64,000 bases of DNA from Saccostrea echinata. Lineage: Eukaryota. Position 1 is the stretch's first letter. Each line of letters begins with the position of its first letter. The DNA is taken from positions 28,830,001 to 28,894,000 of the forward strand of contig NW_026889774.1 in NCBI RefSeq assembly GCF_033153115.1. Direction: 5' to 3'. The notes beneath the pieces were generated by a model. It did not search any database and was not told the origin of the DNA. It saw only the letters and a list, made by a program, of their open reading frames with translations. The translations under genes and the position numbers were made by a program. Positions 49,555-61,103 of this stretch are shown piece by piece.

Positions 49555-52330
49555 AAGGTGAAGATAACGAAAGTGATACATCTCAAAAAAAAAAAAAAAA
49601 AACAAACAATACAAATGTGTAAAAAGGGCATAAAACACGGACCTCCAGAGATAGGATCAGGTACCTAGGAGGAGTAAGCATCCTCTGTCGACCTGTCACA
49701 CCCGCCGTGAGCCCTACATGTATGTATTAATCAGGTAGGCGGAATAATCAAATTTAGTATAAAAACAATGGTCTAACAATTGGTGTGAAATATGTCAGTC
49801 AAAATACGACCCAACGATAAGTTGTATTTGCTAACAAGGTCATTATAACGATATTAAAATTTACGAAATACTGACGTTATACAAGGTTGTTGAAATCTTT
49901 ATAACATCAACTTATTTGTCAGCAGCCTGCCTCGGATTAAAAATTGTTCGTACTCAGAGCATGTTCTTGTATCGAATAAGCTGGGAGACATAACACCATA
50001 TAAAGGTGATAGGGGAATATTACTACATAAATAAGGAAAGTTTACGATGGAAATACTGAAGTCGTTTGTTTGTACAGTTTAGTCGTTTGTTGTCTGTTAT
50101 CGCCTTTAGTCAGTAAAAATCCAAATATGAAACAGAAGTGGGAGACTCTATGGGTCTTTTATTTCGAGTCGACATATGACTGGGAGTAACAATTGTTAAT
50201 AGATAGATTGTCGTCGTTATATCTAAATGTCGCGTTGAATGCAACAGCAGGAGTTTTTTTTTTCTTCTCATTGAAATGATTGATTGATTGCTTGATTGTG
50301 TGTTGTTTTACGTCCCATTCGAGAATTTTTAACTTATATAGAGACGCCATATATCGGTGAAGGGCTTCAAATTTAAACCTTTACTCGGCATCATGGCCAT
50401 TGAGCAGTGAGGGATCTTTATCTTGCCAATGCCTGTCGTGACACGGGGCCTCGATTTTTAATGTCTCATCCGAAAGACCCGCAACTTCCACTTCAAAGTG
50501 CCGTGCTTGGCGAAGGAATAGTTGCTACCTATTTTTATCGACTTAGGAAAGTCGCGGTCTGAGTTTGAACACACGGCCTTCTGATCACGGAGCGAGTGCT
50601 CTATCGACTGAGCTACCGTGACGGTTTCTTCTCATTAGAAGTTTTCAAAGAAAGATCTTCTTCATAGGAATATAAAAACAGGCCGGCTTGTACAAGAGCA
50701 CAATAAGTGCCCATCGCAATTCCAACAGATTGTTAGAGGACCTAATCTTCAAAGATTTCATGGATTTCCAGCATCCTATCCTAATGATATCAACCTCAGA
50801 GTATTTATGTGTAAAATCAGAATGATTTTAAACAGAGTAATTTTGTATATGACCAACCACATGAATATTTCCGAGTCCCATTTTTATTGAAGAAGCAGTT
50901 GTTTATGATATAAGAAAGCCTAGTCTTTGATATACCATGAGTAATGATTATATATAGTGTAGAAAAGTCGTACGTTTTGATGTTGCTGACTTTTGAAAGA
51001 AAAAAAAACGATTTTAAAGTTTCTGAAAGTTCGAATCCACATTTGATTTACACCACTTCTCAAATATGCTGTAGCACAGTACGTCTGAAGTTTTCCCTTC
51101 ATAGCAGTTAATATTTTCGTGAGGAGTAAAGATAGGGGTTTGGTTGAGCATTTGCGTGACCCTGCAGTGTTTGTAAGGAATGTTATGACGTTTAGGAATC
51201 CTGTATAGGTAGGGTAAGTCGAGATCACTTTTGTTGACTGGAATGTAAAAGTATTACAGACTGAAATGTAATTTTGAAGAAAAAAATCACCCTTAGAAAG
51301 TTGACTGGTATAAGTTGAATTTCCAGATGTAGAATTAAAACCAAGTTCATCTAAAATACAGCAGTTGTAACAATGAGTTTTACACATAATGGTGGTGTTG
51401 TTACTAGCCTTGTCTGTTCATGTAGTCTAATTCTTCTATCACTTCCAATTTATTGAAAACGGAAGGATAGTTGGTTTGCACATGGCCCTTTGACTTTCTA
51501 ACACAAATCTTTCATATATTTTTAAAACACTGAATCCATTCTGACAAAACTCCAGCCCCCCCCCCTTTCAAAAAAGAAAAAAATGTTATGTGGCCATTTT
51601 AAACATCAGGGCCCCCTGTATTTAGGACTTTTTAAAAAAAAAAAAAAAAGATTGCTTTTATCTCGACATTTTCAACTATATTAAAATCCTCAGTAATGAC
51701 GTGTCCAGTGGGACTGAAGGAAGAGTAAGAACCAGTACACATAAAGAGGATTTTGTTTTAAATGTTCAATATATCTAGGTTTGCTCATAATTCAAAATTT
51801 TGGAAGCAACAGTTGGGGAATATCTGTAGGATATGCAGGGTGTAGACCTTAACTTGAAATATGGTAGACGGCAAAACTGAACTTTTTTATGATTAAGAAT
51901 GTACGTTACTGGTGTTCAGGGCATCTTTTCCTTTGTGGGCATATTTTTAAAAGTTTGGATAGGAATTAATATCTTCCAACACATGTGGTGACTTAAAGAG
52001 CCTATGCTGGGCAACATCCATAATCACTAACACTATAGATTGTATTCTGTAGGTGAAGAATCCATGCAAGTATGGACTTACTTCAGCTTTTTCAAATAGT
52101 CTATTCAAAGATTTCAAGGGAACCGAGTAAAGTTCGGTGCGGATATGTGTTGAAGACTTAGCTACATGTAGATTACTGACGTAAGGTATAACAGCGAATC
52201 AAAGGACACATCAAGTATTTGGTTTATTGTATGATCAATTCCCATGACTACACCTATTTCTTGGTGTATTGTTAAAAGTCTCATCACATTCACACTGGTA
52301 CATTGTGAGCTTAAAAGAGTCCCTATTACA
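49555..52330 (-). mobile_element. Long decayed Naiad-type Penelope element (RT C-terminal, no C-terminal endonuclease)
   Basis: Linker remnant (M)CTGSYSSFSPTGHVITEDFNIV (about 51660-51745), DKASNN, KCSTKPLSLLLTKIL, SGVNQMWI, TYDFSTLY, FNATFRY, then the family tail at about 49560-49715. Confidence 0.75.
50276..50625 (-). mobile_element. tRNA-Meta-Deu (BivaMD-like) SINE nested in the Naiad-like element
   Basis: - strand TAGCTCAGTCG A box, CCTTCGCCAAGCACGGCA, GGTCTTTCGGATGAGAC, (ATCA)n tail. TSD TTCTTCTCATT. Confidence 0.85.
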
Positions 52331-52344
52331 TTAGTTAAATAAGT

Positions 52345-53215
52345 TGTCTAAATCAGATGTGGATACATGTACTTAAAACCTCCAAGGAACTTTTAAAAAA
52401 ATTGAAATCACAAAAATTTACCAAAATCAATAACATCAAAACGTACGACTTTTCAACACTCGATACAACCATTCTCCTCGAGTTCCGGCTTTTGACATCA
52501 TTAGACAGCTGCTTTTTCAATAAAAATGGAACTCGTAATTTTACTTACCTTATAATTGGTCCTTTGCAAAATTATTTTGATAAAAATATTTCTGATTGTA
52601 TACAAAAGTACTCTGAAGTGGATATTAAAGAGATGCTTGAGTTTTTGATTGACAATGCCAATGTATGTAGTTTTTGGAGGACAGGTCTTCCAACAATCTG
52701 TCGGAATTCACATGGGTAAACTTTGCACTCCGTTATTAGCAGACCTATTTTTGTATTTATATGAAGCAGAAATTATTCAAAAACTTATCCATGAAATGCA
52801 TGCTCCTCGTGTGAACAACTTGTGAAATACGAAAGGTATTGATAAACAAGTTGAAGAAACAAGGATATCACCAGTCTCGTTTAAAGTCATCATTTCGCAA
52901 GTTTCAATACAATGACCTTGTCAGCAAATACAATCTATCATTAAGTCGAATACTGACTAACATTTTTCATATTAATTTTTAGACCATTAATATTTAAATA
53001 CTGAATTGTCTACGGATCTTTCCGTTTGCCCGATCATGACAATAAGCAAACGGCGGGTGTGACAGGTCAACAGGGAATACTTACTCATTTATGGCACCTG
53101 ATCCTACCTCTGATGTTTTTAGAGGTCCTTGTTTGCTCTTCTCTCGATCTGTATAGTTTCAATGGACTTTTAAGCTTTTGAGCTTGATTACTGTTCGTTA
53201 TCTCCATATTTTATT
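52345..53215 (+). mobile_element. Naiad-like RT fragment, head-to-head with the preceding copy
   Basis: NQMWI..KTYDFSTL..YSEVDIKEMLEFLIDN..FQQSVGI plus the family tail. Confidence 0.85.
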
Positions 53216-53589
53216 CCTGTGAAGAAAAGGGTTATCAAGGTATAATCAAATAATACACTTGTTTTACCAACCGATAGCTCCAAACCAATATGCCACCTTT
53301 TTCAGGGGGTCCTACTGAGATTACATGTGGAACCATTTTAACATTTTATTTAAAATCATTTAAAAAAAAAAAAATAAAGACAATCAATTGCTGAATAAAA
53401 TTTTAGCTGACTTGGGTATAAAAACTCAACAGCTGCAATTGCATGTATTTTTTCAAACTATTAATTTTATAATTTCGATGTATATCACTCATGCACTGCA
53501 TTATTCACACAAAATAACATTAAAAAACAAAGAAAAAAACATAATTAAGCCCCATATTTGAAAAAAAGTGCATTTCGTTCAGTACCTGT

Positions 53590-54440
53590 TGGTAAGTAGA
53601 CCAAGTTTTGTCTACTCAATGTCTTGAGAACCCTTTGCTTGACATACATCAAACTTTATACCCCCTAAAAAGGAACATGATCCTATTAATTTTGAGGTCA
53701 CAAGGTCAAAGGTCAAACAACTATGGACATAGGAAAACATTGTTCTATATTTTGAGAACCCTTTGCTTAACAGATATCAATCTTGGTACTTCTAGTATGG
53801 TACCCCCTGAGATGTAAATGACCCTTATTGATTTTAAGGTCACAATGTCAAAGGTCAAAAATTCTGGACATAGGAAGATATTGTTTACTCAACTTACTGA
53901 GAACCCTTTGCAACTAACTTGATACACTGGTAACAATTGAGGAGTAGATGACTCCTACTAATTTTGAGGTCACATGATCCAAGGTCAAGGTTCAAACTAC
54001 TCTGGACATAGGAAGATATTTTCTACTATTTTTTCAATCCCAGGCATTCTTAATTCAAAGTTGATTCCTTTGAATATTGCAAAATGGAGGCTATATATGT
54101 TTCTAAAACATTTTTTTTTGCTTGACAGATATCAAACATGGTACATTGGAACCCCCTTAAAAGTAGAAGAACCCTATTGATTTTGAGGTCATAAGGTCAA
54201 ACTACTCCGAAAATAGGAAGAAATTGTCTGCTCAATATCTTAAGAACCTTTTGCCTGAAATACATCAAACTTGCTTCATTGGTACCTCCTAAAAAGTACA
54301 AGACCCTATTGATTTTGAGGTCACAGAGGGTGAAATGTCAAACTATGGTGGACATAGGGAGATACTGTCTGCTAAATATCCTATGAACCTTTTGCCTGAT
54401 AGAAATCAAACTTTTCATTATTGTTGCCCCTGACTAGTAG
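53590..54440. repeat. Degenerate ~120-bp satellite-like array (HINE-associated type)
   Basis: Recurring GACCCTATTGATTTTGAGGTCAC..GGTCAAA..CTGGACATAGGAAGAT..GAGAACCCTTTGC units. Confidence 0.8.
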
Positions 54441-54482
54441 ATTATAATTTTTTTCACTACCATTAAAAACATTCTAAATTCT

Positions 54483-55070
54483 AAAAAACAAGGTACAGTT
54501 TCAATACAAATCTTGCCCTGTGTTTTTCTTAAAAATGAAAGTGATATAAAAAATTAAAACTTATGCTTTTTGAATCATTGAAATTCCATGCAGAAAGATC
54601 ATACAAACCATTTTTCTCACATGACCTTCTAAATGCTAATTGTGACGTCATAGACCTGTGCATTTTCCCGTATTTTCTTAAAAAGTTGCAGAAGACACCA
54701 ATTTTCAATGGAACTTTCTTTCAGAAAATATTGTCCACAGGCATCGCCCACAAAGATTTTGAGATATATGATTTTCCAAAGAATTTTACACAGCATATCC
54801 GAAAATTAAAGTGGGCGACAGCTGTGGACACTATTTTCTTAAGGAAAATAACCCTAGAAATGGGCCATTTTGAGGCTTTTTCTGTTTAAAATAGAGAAAT
54901 GCATCAAATTAATGACGTCATATTTCCAGAATGGTACTCCTTCATGCCATATTCCTTTCAGATTTATCATAGTCATATACTCAACTAACATTTAAGCCAG
55001 TTTCAATACTTTTTGAAAACATTGATTTTTTAGGGCACAATAAAGCTAAAAACCGTACCTTCTTCTTTAA
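54483..55070. mobile_element. Non-autonomous TIR element (Kolobok-like)
   Basis: AAGGTACAGTTT ... AAACCGTACCTTCTTCTTTAA ends. Confidence 0.5.
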
Positions 55071-55616
55071 AGTTGATCCTTTCCAGTGTAGCCACATGGG
55101 GAGCATATATATTTCTAAAACATTCTATAACATTTCTTGTGGCAAAACAGATCAAATCTTTTTACAGTATAAAATCGCAGTTTTATTTTTTTGCATGTTT
55201 TTATACACTACATTTCTTTTTATTTTGTTACTTCAACTTCATACTGAAAGAAAATGTTAGTAAAAACATCAAATCAAATTGCATTTGTTTAAAAAAGATG
55301 GATGGTTAAGGTGAATATAGTTCACTCCTTTAAAATAAAAATCAAGGGAAATACAAATATATTTATATATCACAAATCTGGACAAAGAATCTGTATCTAA
55401 ATTAATATAAACCATCATCAGAACATTTGCATATTGTTCAAATCCATCCATATGCATGATTATAAAAAATGTAGGAAAATGAAAGAAAATACATTAAAAA
55501 AAATATAAAAGGTTAGGTCTTCAGGAAACTTAATGCCAGGTTATTATTTATCAACCATTAAACTACATGTAAAAACAAATTTTACTGAAAACAAAATCAT
55601 GTCCCAACACTCTGTG

Positions 55617-58600
55617 TCAGGATTCTGGAGTGGAGACACAATCACTCTGAAGTAATTTTAAGATTTCATCCAGTCTTGAGTTGATACGTTTTTCCATCTC
55701 ACTTAGTTTAGAGTCTACATGACTTAGAAGTCTTTGTTCAAGGTCCTCTAATTTGGTGTTCAATGAGTTTGAAGATCCAGGAGAAACTTCTGTATCTCTG
55801 TTTCTGAAAAGAAAGATAAATTTAAAAGTTTATGAGGGTGAATTTGATCAGAGTTGTTCTTGAACAACACATCTGAAATCACATCTCTTTCATTTTATGG
55901 CTCTGCAATAAAATATCAATTCTTATAAGTAAAATGTATTCTAAACCTACTACTAAATCTACAAACTACACATAAGATATGAATTCAAACATTTCTATTA
56001 GCTAACAGCAGAACCAAAACTCTCTACTTTGTATTTTGTGTTTTTCACAATTATTTCACCTTTTACAAAGCTGTACAAATAACAATGTAACATTAATTCC
56101 CACCTCATTTCCTCTGGAATATTTGCGTCTGTGGTATTTTCTGAAGCAATGTCTATTTGCAATTTTTCTTCCTTTGCTTTTTCTGCTTCCCTTCTCTTTG
56201 TCTCCTCAGCTTCTTCCATTTTTCTTTTTTCCTCTGCTCGCATTCCAGAAACTCTATCACAAATGTTATGTAGTAGAGAGAAAACATCTGAAGAATCACT
56301 CTCATTTGAATTTCCAGACTGATCTTGTGTTCTCTGTTGAGATAAATTGCTTGAATGTGATTGGTTGCTGTTTGTTTGTTCTGGAAGATGATTGGACCTG
56401 ATTCCCTTTTGAGATAAATTGTTCAGATGTGATTGGCTGTTGTTTGTTTTTCCTGGAAGCTGATTAGACCTGATTCCCATTTGAGAGAGCATGGACATCA
56501 ATCCCATCATTCCTAGTGGTGACCCTGCAGATGAAGGTTGTTGGCCAAGAAAACCATGTATTCCAGTCATAGAAGCCCTCTGATTCTAGATAAAGTATCA
56601 AAAGTACCAAATAATGGAATTTAACAATAAACTGCAATTTTGGTTGGATAATTAGGGAATGATTTAAGTTTTGTGAATGATATTGGTGTGTACTTCAAAC
56701 AAACTTGTCCTGTAGGCATATTTGAAATTCATGATGCATGTTAGCACTTCTTGTTAGCACTTAATGAACAATATGCCTACCTGACAATTCTGTTTTATGT
56801 ACACACCAATAACATTTGCAGACTAAATAAAAAAGCAATCCCTTCGTTTGTAATTTACATGTTTAAAAACAGCAAAAATTCATTCAAGATTTGAATTTAC
56901 CACTGCACTATATAATATTTTTACTACCATCTCAACTTCCTAATTGTGATTTCACAACAGTGTGAGTTTCTTGGTGTATATTAACATGTGTGACTGTTCA
57001 AGAAAATTGCAAATAAATTAAGAGAAAAAAATGTAGCAAATGTAAATACATGTAGTTGAAGGTGAAGCCTTTTTGAAAAGTTATGCAGCTTTGACATACA
57101 TGTACTGTGTATTACATGTGATGGTATTCCTTACACTATACATTTATTGACTGGGTTCAAGGGCAACATGCATTCTGTTGGACCCAAGAACCAAATTGGT
57201 GTTGCCTGTAGCTGATGGTTCGAGGGGTCGACAAAATGCATTTTACCCAGGAACACATGTACAGTCAATAAATGTTTTGATATATATGACTTTTACTTTT
57301 TATTTTGACATATCTTGCAATGGCCTCCATGTTTTCAATAATTGGTAAGATATAGCTGATCTCACCTACAGTGTGATGTAAAAAGTGTTATAGCGATCCA
57401 ATATCTCAATGACAAATCTAATATCCCACTCAGTGGTCCAACATCAATTTTTTTTCAGACCGCTCAGTAAAATTTTAAATGTTAGACTTTTTAGATAGAT
57501 TTATCTAGGAAACAATTTTTAGAGGTTTAACATTCATTGTTAAAAAATCTCTTACCACACCAAATTCAAAATATTCTTAACATGAACTTAATAATATTTC
57601 TATATCACAGTACATGTATAAATCACACAAATCTTACCTGCTGAAATTCCTCCATGGATTGCATCAGTCCCCTGGCTCCCTCAGGGATGTTGTCTCCGAG
57701 ACTTGTTACATAACTCTTGACCTTTGACATGTTTATTTGACCTAACTGACCTCCACTCCCACCATAATCTTCTTCTGGTTCAGGATGAAGAATGAAGACT
57801 ACTTTGAAAATCTTGAAGAAATTGACACCATGAACTCGTGGAAACTGGAATGTAAAATGGACTCCTCAATGCTGATCAAAGGTGGATAATTCATTAGTAA
57901 TTTTGATTCATTTTAAATTCACAAATTTAGGTTATGTTGACTCTGATCTACTGTAATATTTCTAAGAATGTCAGACCACTTTTTTGTGTAGAATTGTTCA
58001 AGTCAAAACCAGCATTATTTCATACACTGTCATTAAAACATATGCATTAATTTGATGATTTTTATCAAAGGACATTCCTGATGTGTAAATTTAATTAAAT
58101 TTATGTATTATTTAATTAAATAAATACATGTAATAAAGTGATAATTCAAGAAAATTAAAGCCACTTAGATTGGGATATTTTAAGATAAGAAAACATTAAT
58201 ACAAAATGACTTTGTAACAATTTCACCTTGATGGTCAGTCCATAACATGTGTCTAATGATGTCCTACACTTGTACACAACCTCTGAATCCTCTCCCCCTT
58301 CATCATCCCCCATCATCCTCATTCTCTGTCCCCTCACAGTCTTTAGGTACCCCTCACTTGCATCATAGATTTCCACCAGTCTTGCCTGACTGTACACATG
58401 GAGACCACAGATACTGATGTGATACTGAGGTTTACAGGTCAAGGTCATGGTACAGACCTCCTCCCCCTCCACACTGGACAGCTGGAGGAAATTTCTCGGG
58501 TTGATATCTTGACAAGGTTGTTGTCCACTTCCATCATCATCATTATCATCTGTCTGTGAGCTAGGAAAAAAACAATCTGATTAAAATTACGTTCATAAGC

Positions 58601-58927
58601 GGTAGCATATCAGAACAACTGATTTTAATCAGATTGGCAAAAAAAGAAATGACTTGCACTAAAACTTGAATCAAAAAGCTTCTAATGTACCAAAAGGAAG
58701 AAAGATATTAACTGACTGGCTCCTGAAGACCTCCCAATATTAAAATAATGTCACTTATTATGAAGGAGCAAAAACCGTAAAATTCAGCTAAATGGTTAAA
58801 AATATCTCTTAATAATTAAATTTATGTCAAACCTAAACTCTTGTCCAAAGTAATACTCTACAATAGTTGCTGGATCTTTGTCGAAGTCCCAGGATGGTAG
58901 AACAGTGCAATAGTCTATCCCTGCCAT
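55617..58927 (-). CDS. PAAT: C10orf88/PAAT-like protein (DUF4506); exons 58927-58833, 58560-58227, 57844-57638, 56585-56104, 55803-55617; candidate upstream exon ending 60686
   Basis: All junctions are GT-AG with matching phases (2,0,0,2). Motifs LPSWD, HVYSQARLVEIY..YLKTVRG, INMSKVKSYVTSLGDNIPEGARGLMQSMEEFQQ and the C-terminal LEQRLLSHVDSKLSEMEKRINSRLDEILKLLQ resemble human C10orf88 (recalled). Confidence 0.85.
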
Positions 58928-59245
58928 CTGTATAATTAAATGGTTATCACATCACTTAATAGAATGTTTTACATAAGAAAGTCAAATAAAACTTCAATAT
59001 TTAAAAATCTGCTTCGGTTTAAAAAATGTTTGACATGTAACCTTTTCTGTTTTTTTTTCTCTCTATCATGTTAATTGAGTGGACTGTCAAAATCAGCTTC
59101 ACATTACAAAGTAAACAATCATAACTTCTCCTGGGTGATTAGGGCATTAGTATACAAAAAATCTTAATAATTACAGGTATTATCTGCACAAACATATACT
59201 GCATAGAGGTGAGATTAGTTCCATCTATTCATCTTTTATCTTTAA

Positions 59246-59954
59246 AGGTGCTTAGACACAGATTTGAACTTAATATTTTCTCAAATTTTCTGTATAATAT
59301 CACGACTTATATATTGCAATAGCATTTCACATGAAAATATAATTAAAAACTTATTTTATCTGGAAATTATTGGAACTACGAATTCCGGGACGCGTTTGAT
59401 TAACACATCTTTGCACTTACACAAATTTTAACTTTATCCTTAATATTTAAGAAAAGAAGCGATTTTGTTATGTATTAATGAAAAATATTACATCTATATT
59501 CCAAAAAATTAAGAGTAGAAATGTTGGAAAGCAAAACCAACTCACCAGTATTGTCAGTCCATGCTCTGTGATGTGTACAGAGTTTAACAAATGGAACACA
59601 CCCGTGAAACGTAAACTGTTTTTGTAAACAGGGCACAAGCTCTGTTATTGTTAATGTTTATGATTCACCGGGTGTGTTCAATTGTTAAACTCTGCACACA
59701 CCACTGAGCAGGGACTTACAATACTGTGAGTGGGTTTTGCTTTCGAACATTTCTACTCTGAATTTTCTGGGTTATAGTTTTAATATTTTTCATTGTGTCA
59801 ATCCAACGAGTCCAGAAATTCGAAGTTTTAATAACTTCGAGATGAAATAAGATTTTATTATATTTTAGTATGAAATACTTTAGCAATATATAAGTCATGA
59901 AATTATACAGAAAATTTGAGAAAATATTAACTTAAAATCTGTGTCCAAGCACCT
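59246..59954. mobile_element. Kolobok-like MITE in the first PAAT intron
   Basis: TTAA|AGGTGCTTAGACACAGATTT ... AAATCTGTGTCCAAGCACCT|TTAA. Internal hairpin at about 59558-59714. Confidence 0.85.
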
Positions 59955-59973
59955 TTAAGGGTTGTAAATATAA

Positions 59974-60451
59974 CAGGTCCAGTCCAAAGACTATTTCTAC
60001 CTACGTAGCTATTAATAGCTACCTAGGTATTTAAACCTACCCAAAGTAGCTATCTTTACCTACTTTTTGCATTACTTGCATTTTGTGGCCAAACGGCGGA
60101 ATGGCGCAACATGGTGAGTACCAAATTTTTTGATACAGTCACACTGATGATGAATACGACAAAATTTGGACCAAAAAATGATTACGTAGTAAATTAACAA
60201 TTTTGCATTTATTACTATGCAAAATTGTTAATTTATGAAGCAATCATTTTTTGGCCACAATTTTCTTGTATTCATCATCAGTGTGATTGTATCAAGAAAT
60301 TTGGTACTCACCATGTTGTGCCATTCGGGCGTTTAGCCACAAAATGCAAGTAATGCAATTTTTAGGTAGAAATAGCTACTTTGGGTAGGTTTAAATACCT
60401 AGGTAGCTATTAATAGCTACGTAAGTAGGAATAGTTTTTGGACTGGACCTG
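59974..60451. mobile_element. Foldback MITE (~480-bp near-complete palindrome, Tc1/mariner-like CAG end)
   Basis: CAGGTCCAGTCCAAA..CTACGTAGCTATTAATAGCTACCTAGGTATTTAAACCTACCCAAAGTAGC inverted at the other end. Centre at about 60212. Confidence 0.9.
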
Positions 60452-60744
60452 TATAGCATGCAAATGTCAGAAAAAACTCCCACAAACCTTTCAGTGTGTG
60501 TGCAGCGTGGTGTATTTTAGCTCCTCTACAAAGAATAAACTGAAGTGGTTGTTCTACAAAATTCAGTTTTTAAAATTCTATCTTTTCCGATCCTTAATGA
60601 GTGTCTATTTTCTTAAAGAAGTTCTTTACATGAGATACTGAAAGTGAAAGTCAATGTCAACAAAAATCTGATAGTATTTTCTTACCTTCATCACTAAAGA
60701 GCTCTAGGGAGAGAGCATTATTACTAAGGAAATGTTTTCGCATG

Positions 60745-61100
60745 GTTGGTACTAACAATCACAAAAACATTTTTGTTACAAATCAAATATTTCAAGGAAT
60801 TGTTTTATAAAAATAAAGGATTTTATCAAACATTTGACAAACACCACGTCCATAGCCATAACAAAAAAAATTCATGAAACACTCCCGATGAATATCCGGA
60901 AAAATGGCTGCGCCCTATTCCGTTTCCTATGTTTGTTTACAAAAAAATATTTACTGTCTTGATTTATTCAGTAAGACATGTCAGCGAATTATTTCTTAAC
61001 ATTTGATTTGTTTTATATTTTTGGCGCTGTGCACAATCTTAAAATATCCAATTGGTCCTAAAATGTATTTACAGTTTAATTATACTCAGCATGCAATTCA
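60745..61100. promoter_or_regulatory. Putative bidirectional promoter between the PAAT-like and Schlafen-like genes
   Basis: Divergent first exons are under 400 bp apart. CCGGAA (ETS-like) overlaps AAAATGGC (YY1-like) at about 60896-60908. Confidence 0.5.
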
Positions 61101-61103
61101 GTG

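Noticed and set aside
55998-56103. C-terminal extension WELMLHCYLY.. of the 190-aa ORF
   Set aside because: Intron read-through; the donor at 56104/56103 splices in phase to the conserved last PAAT exon
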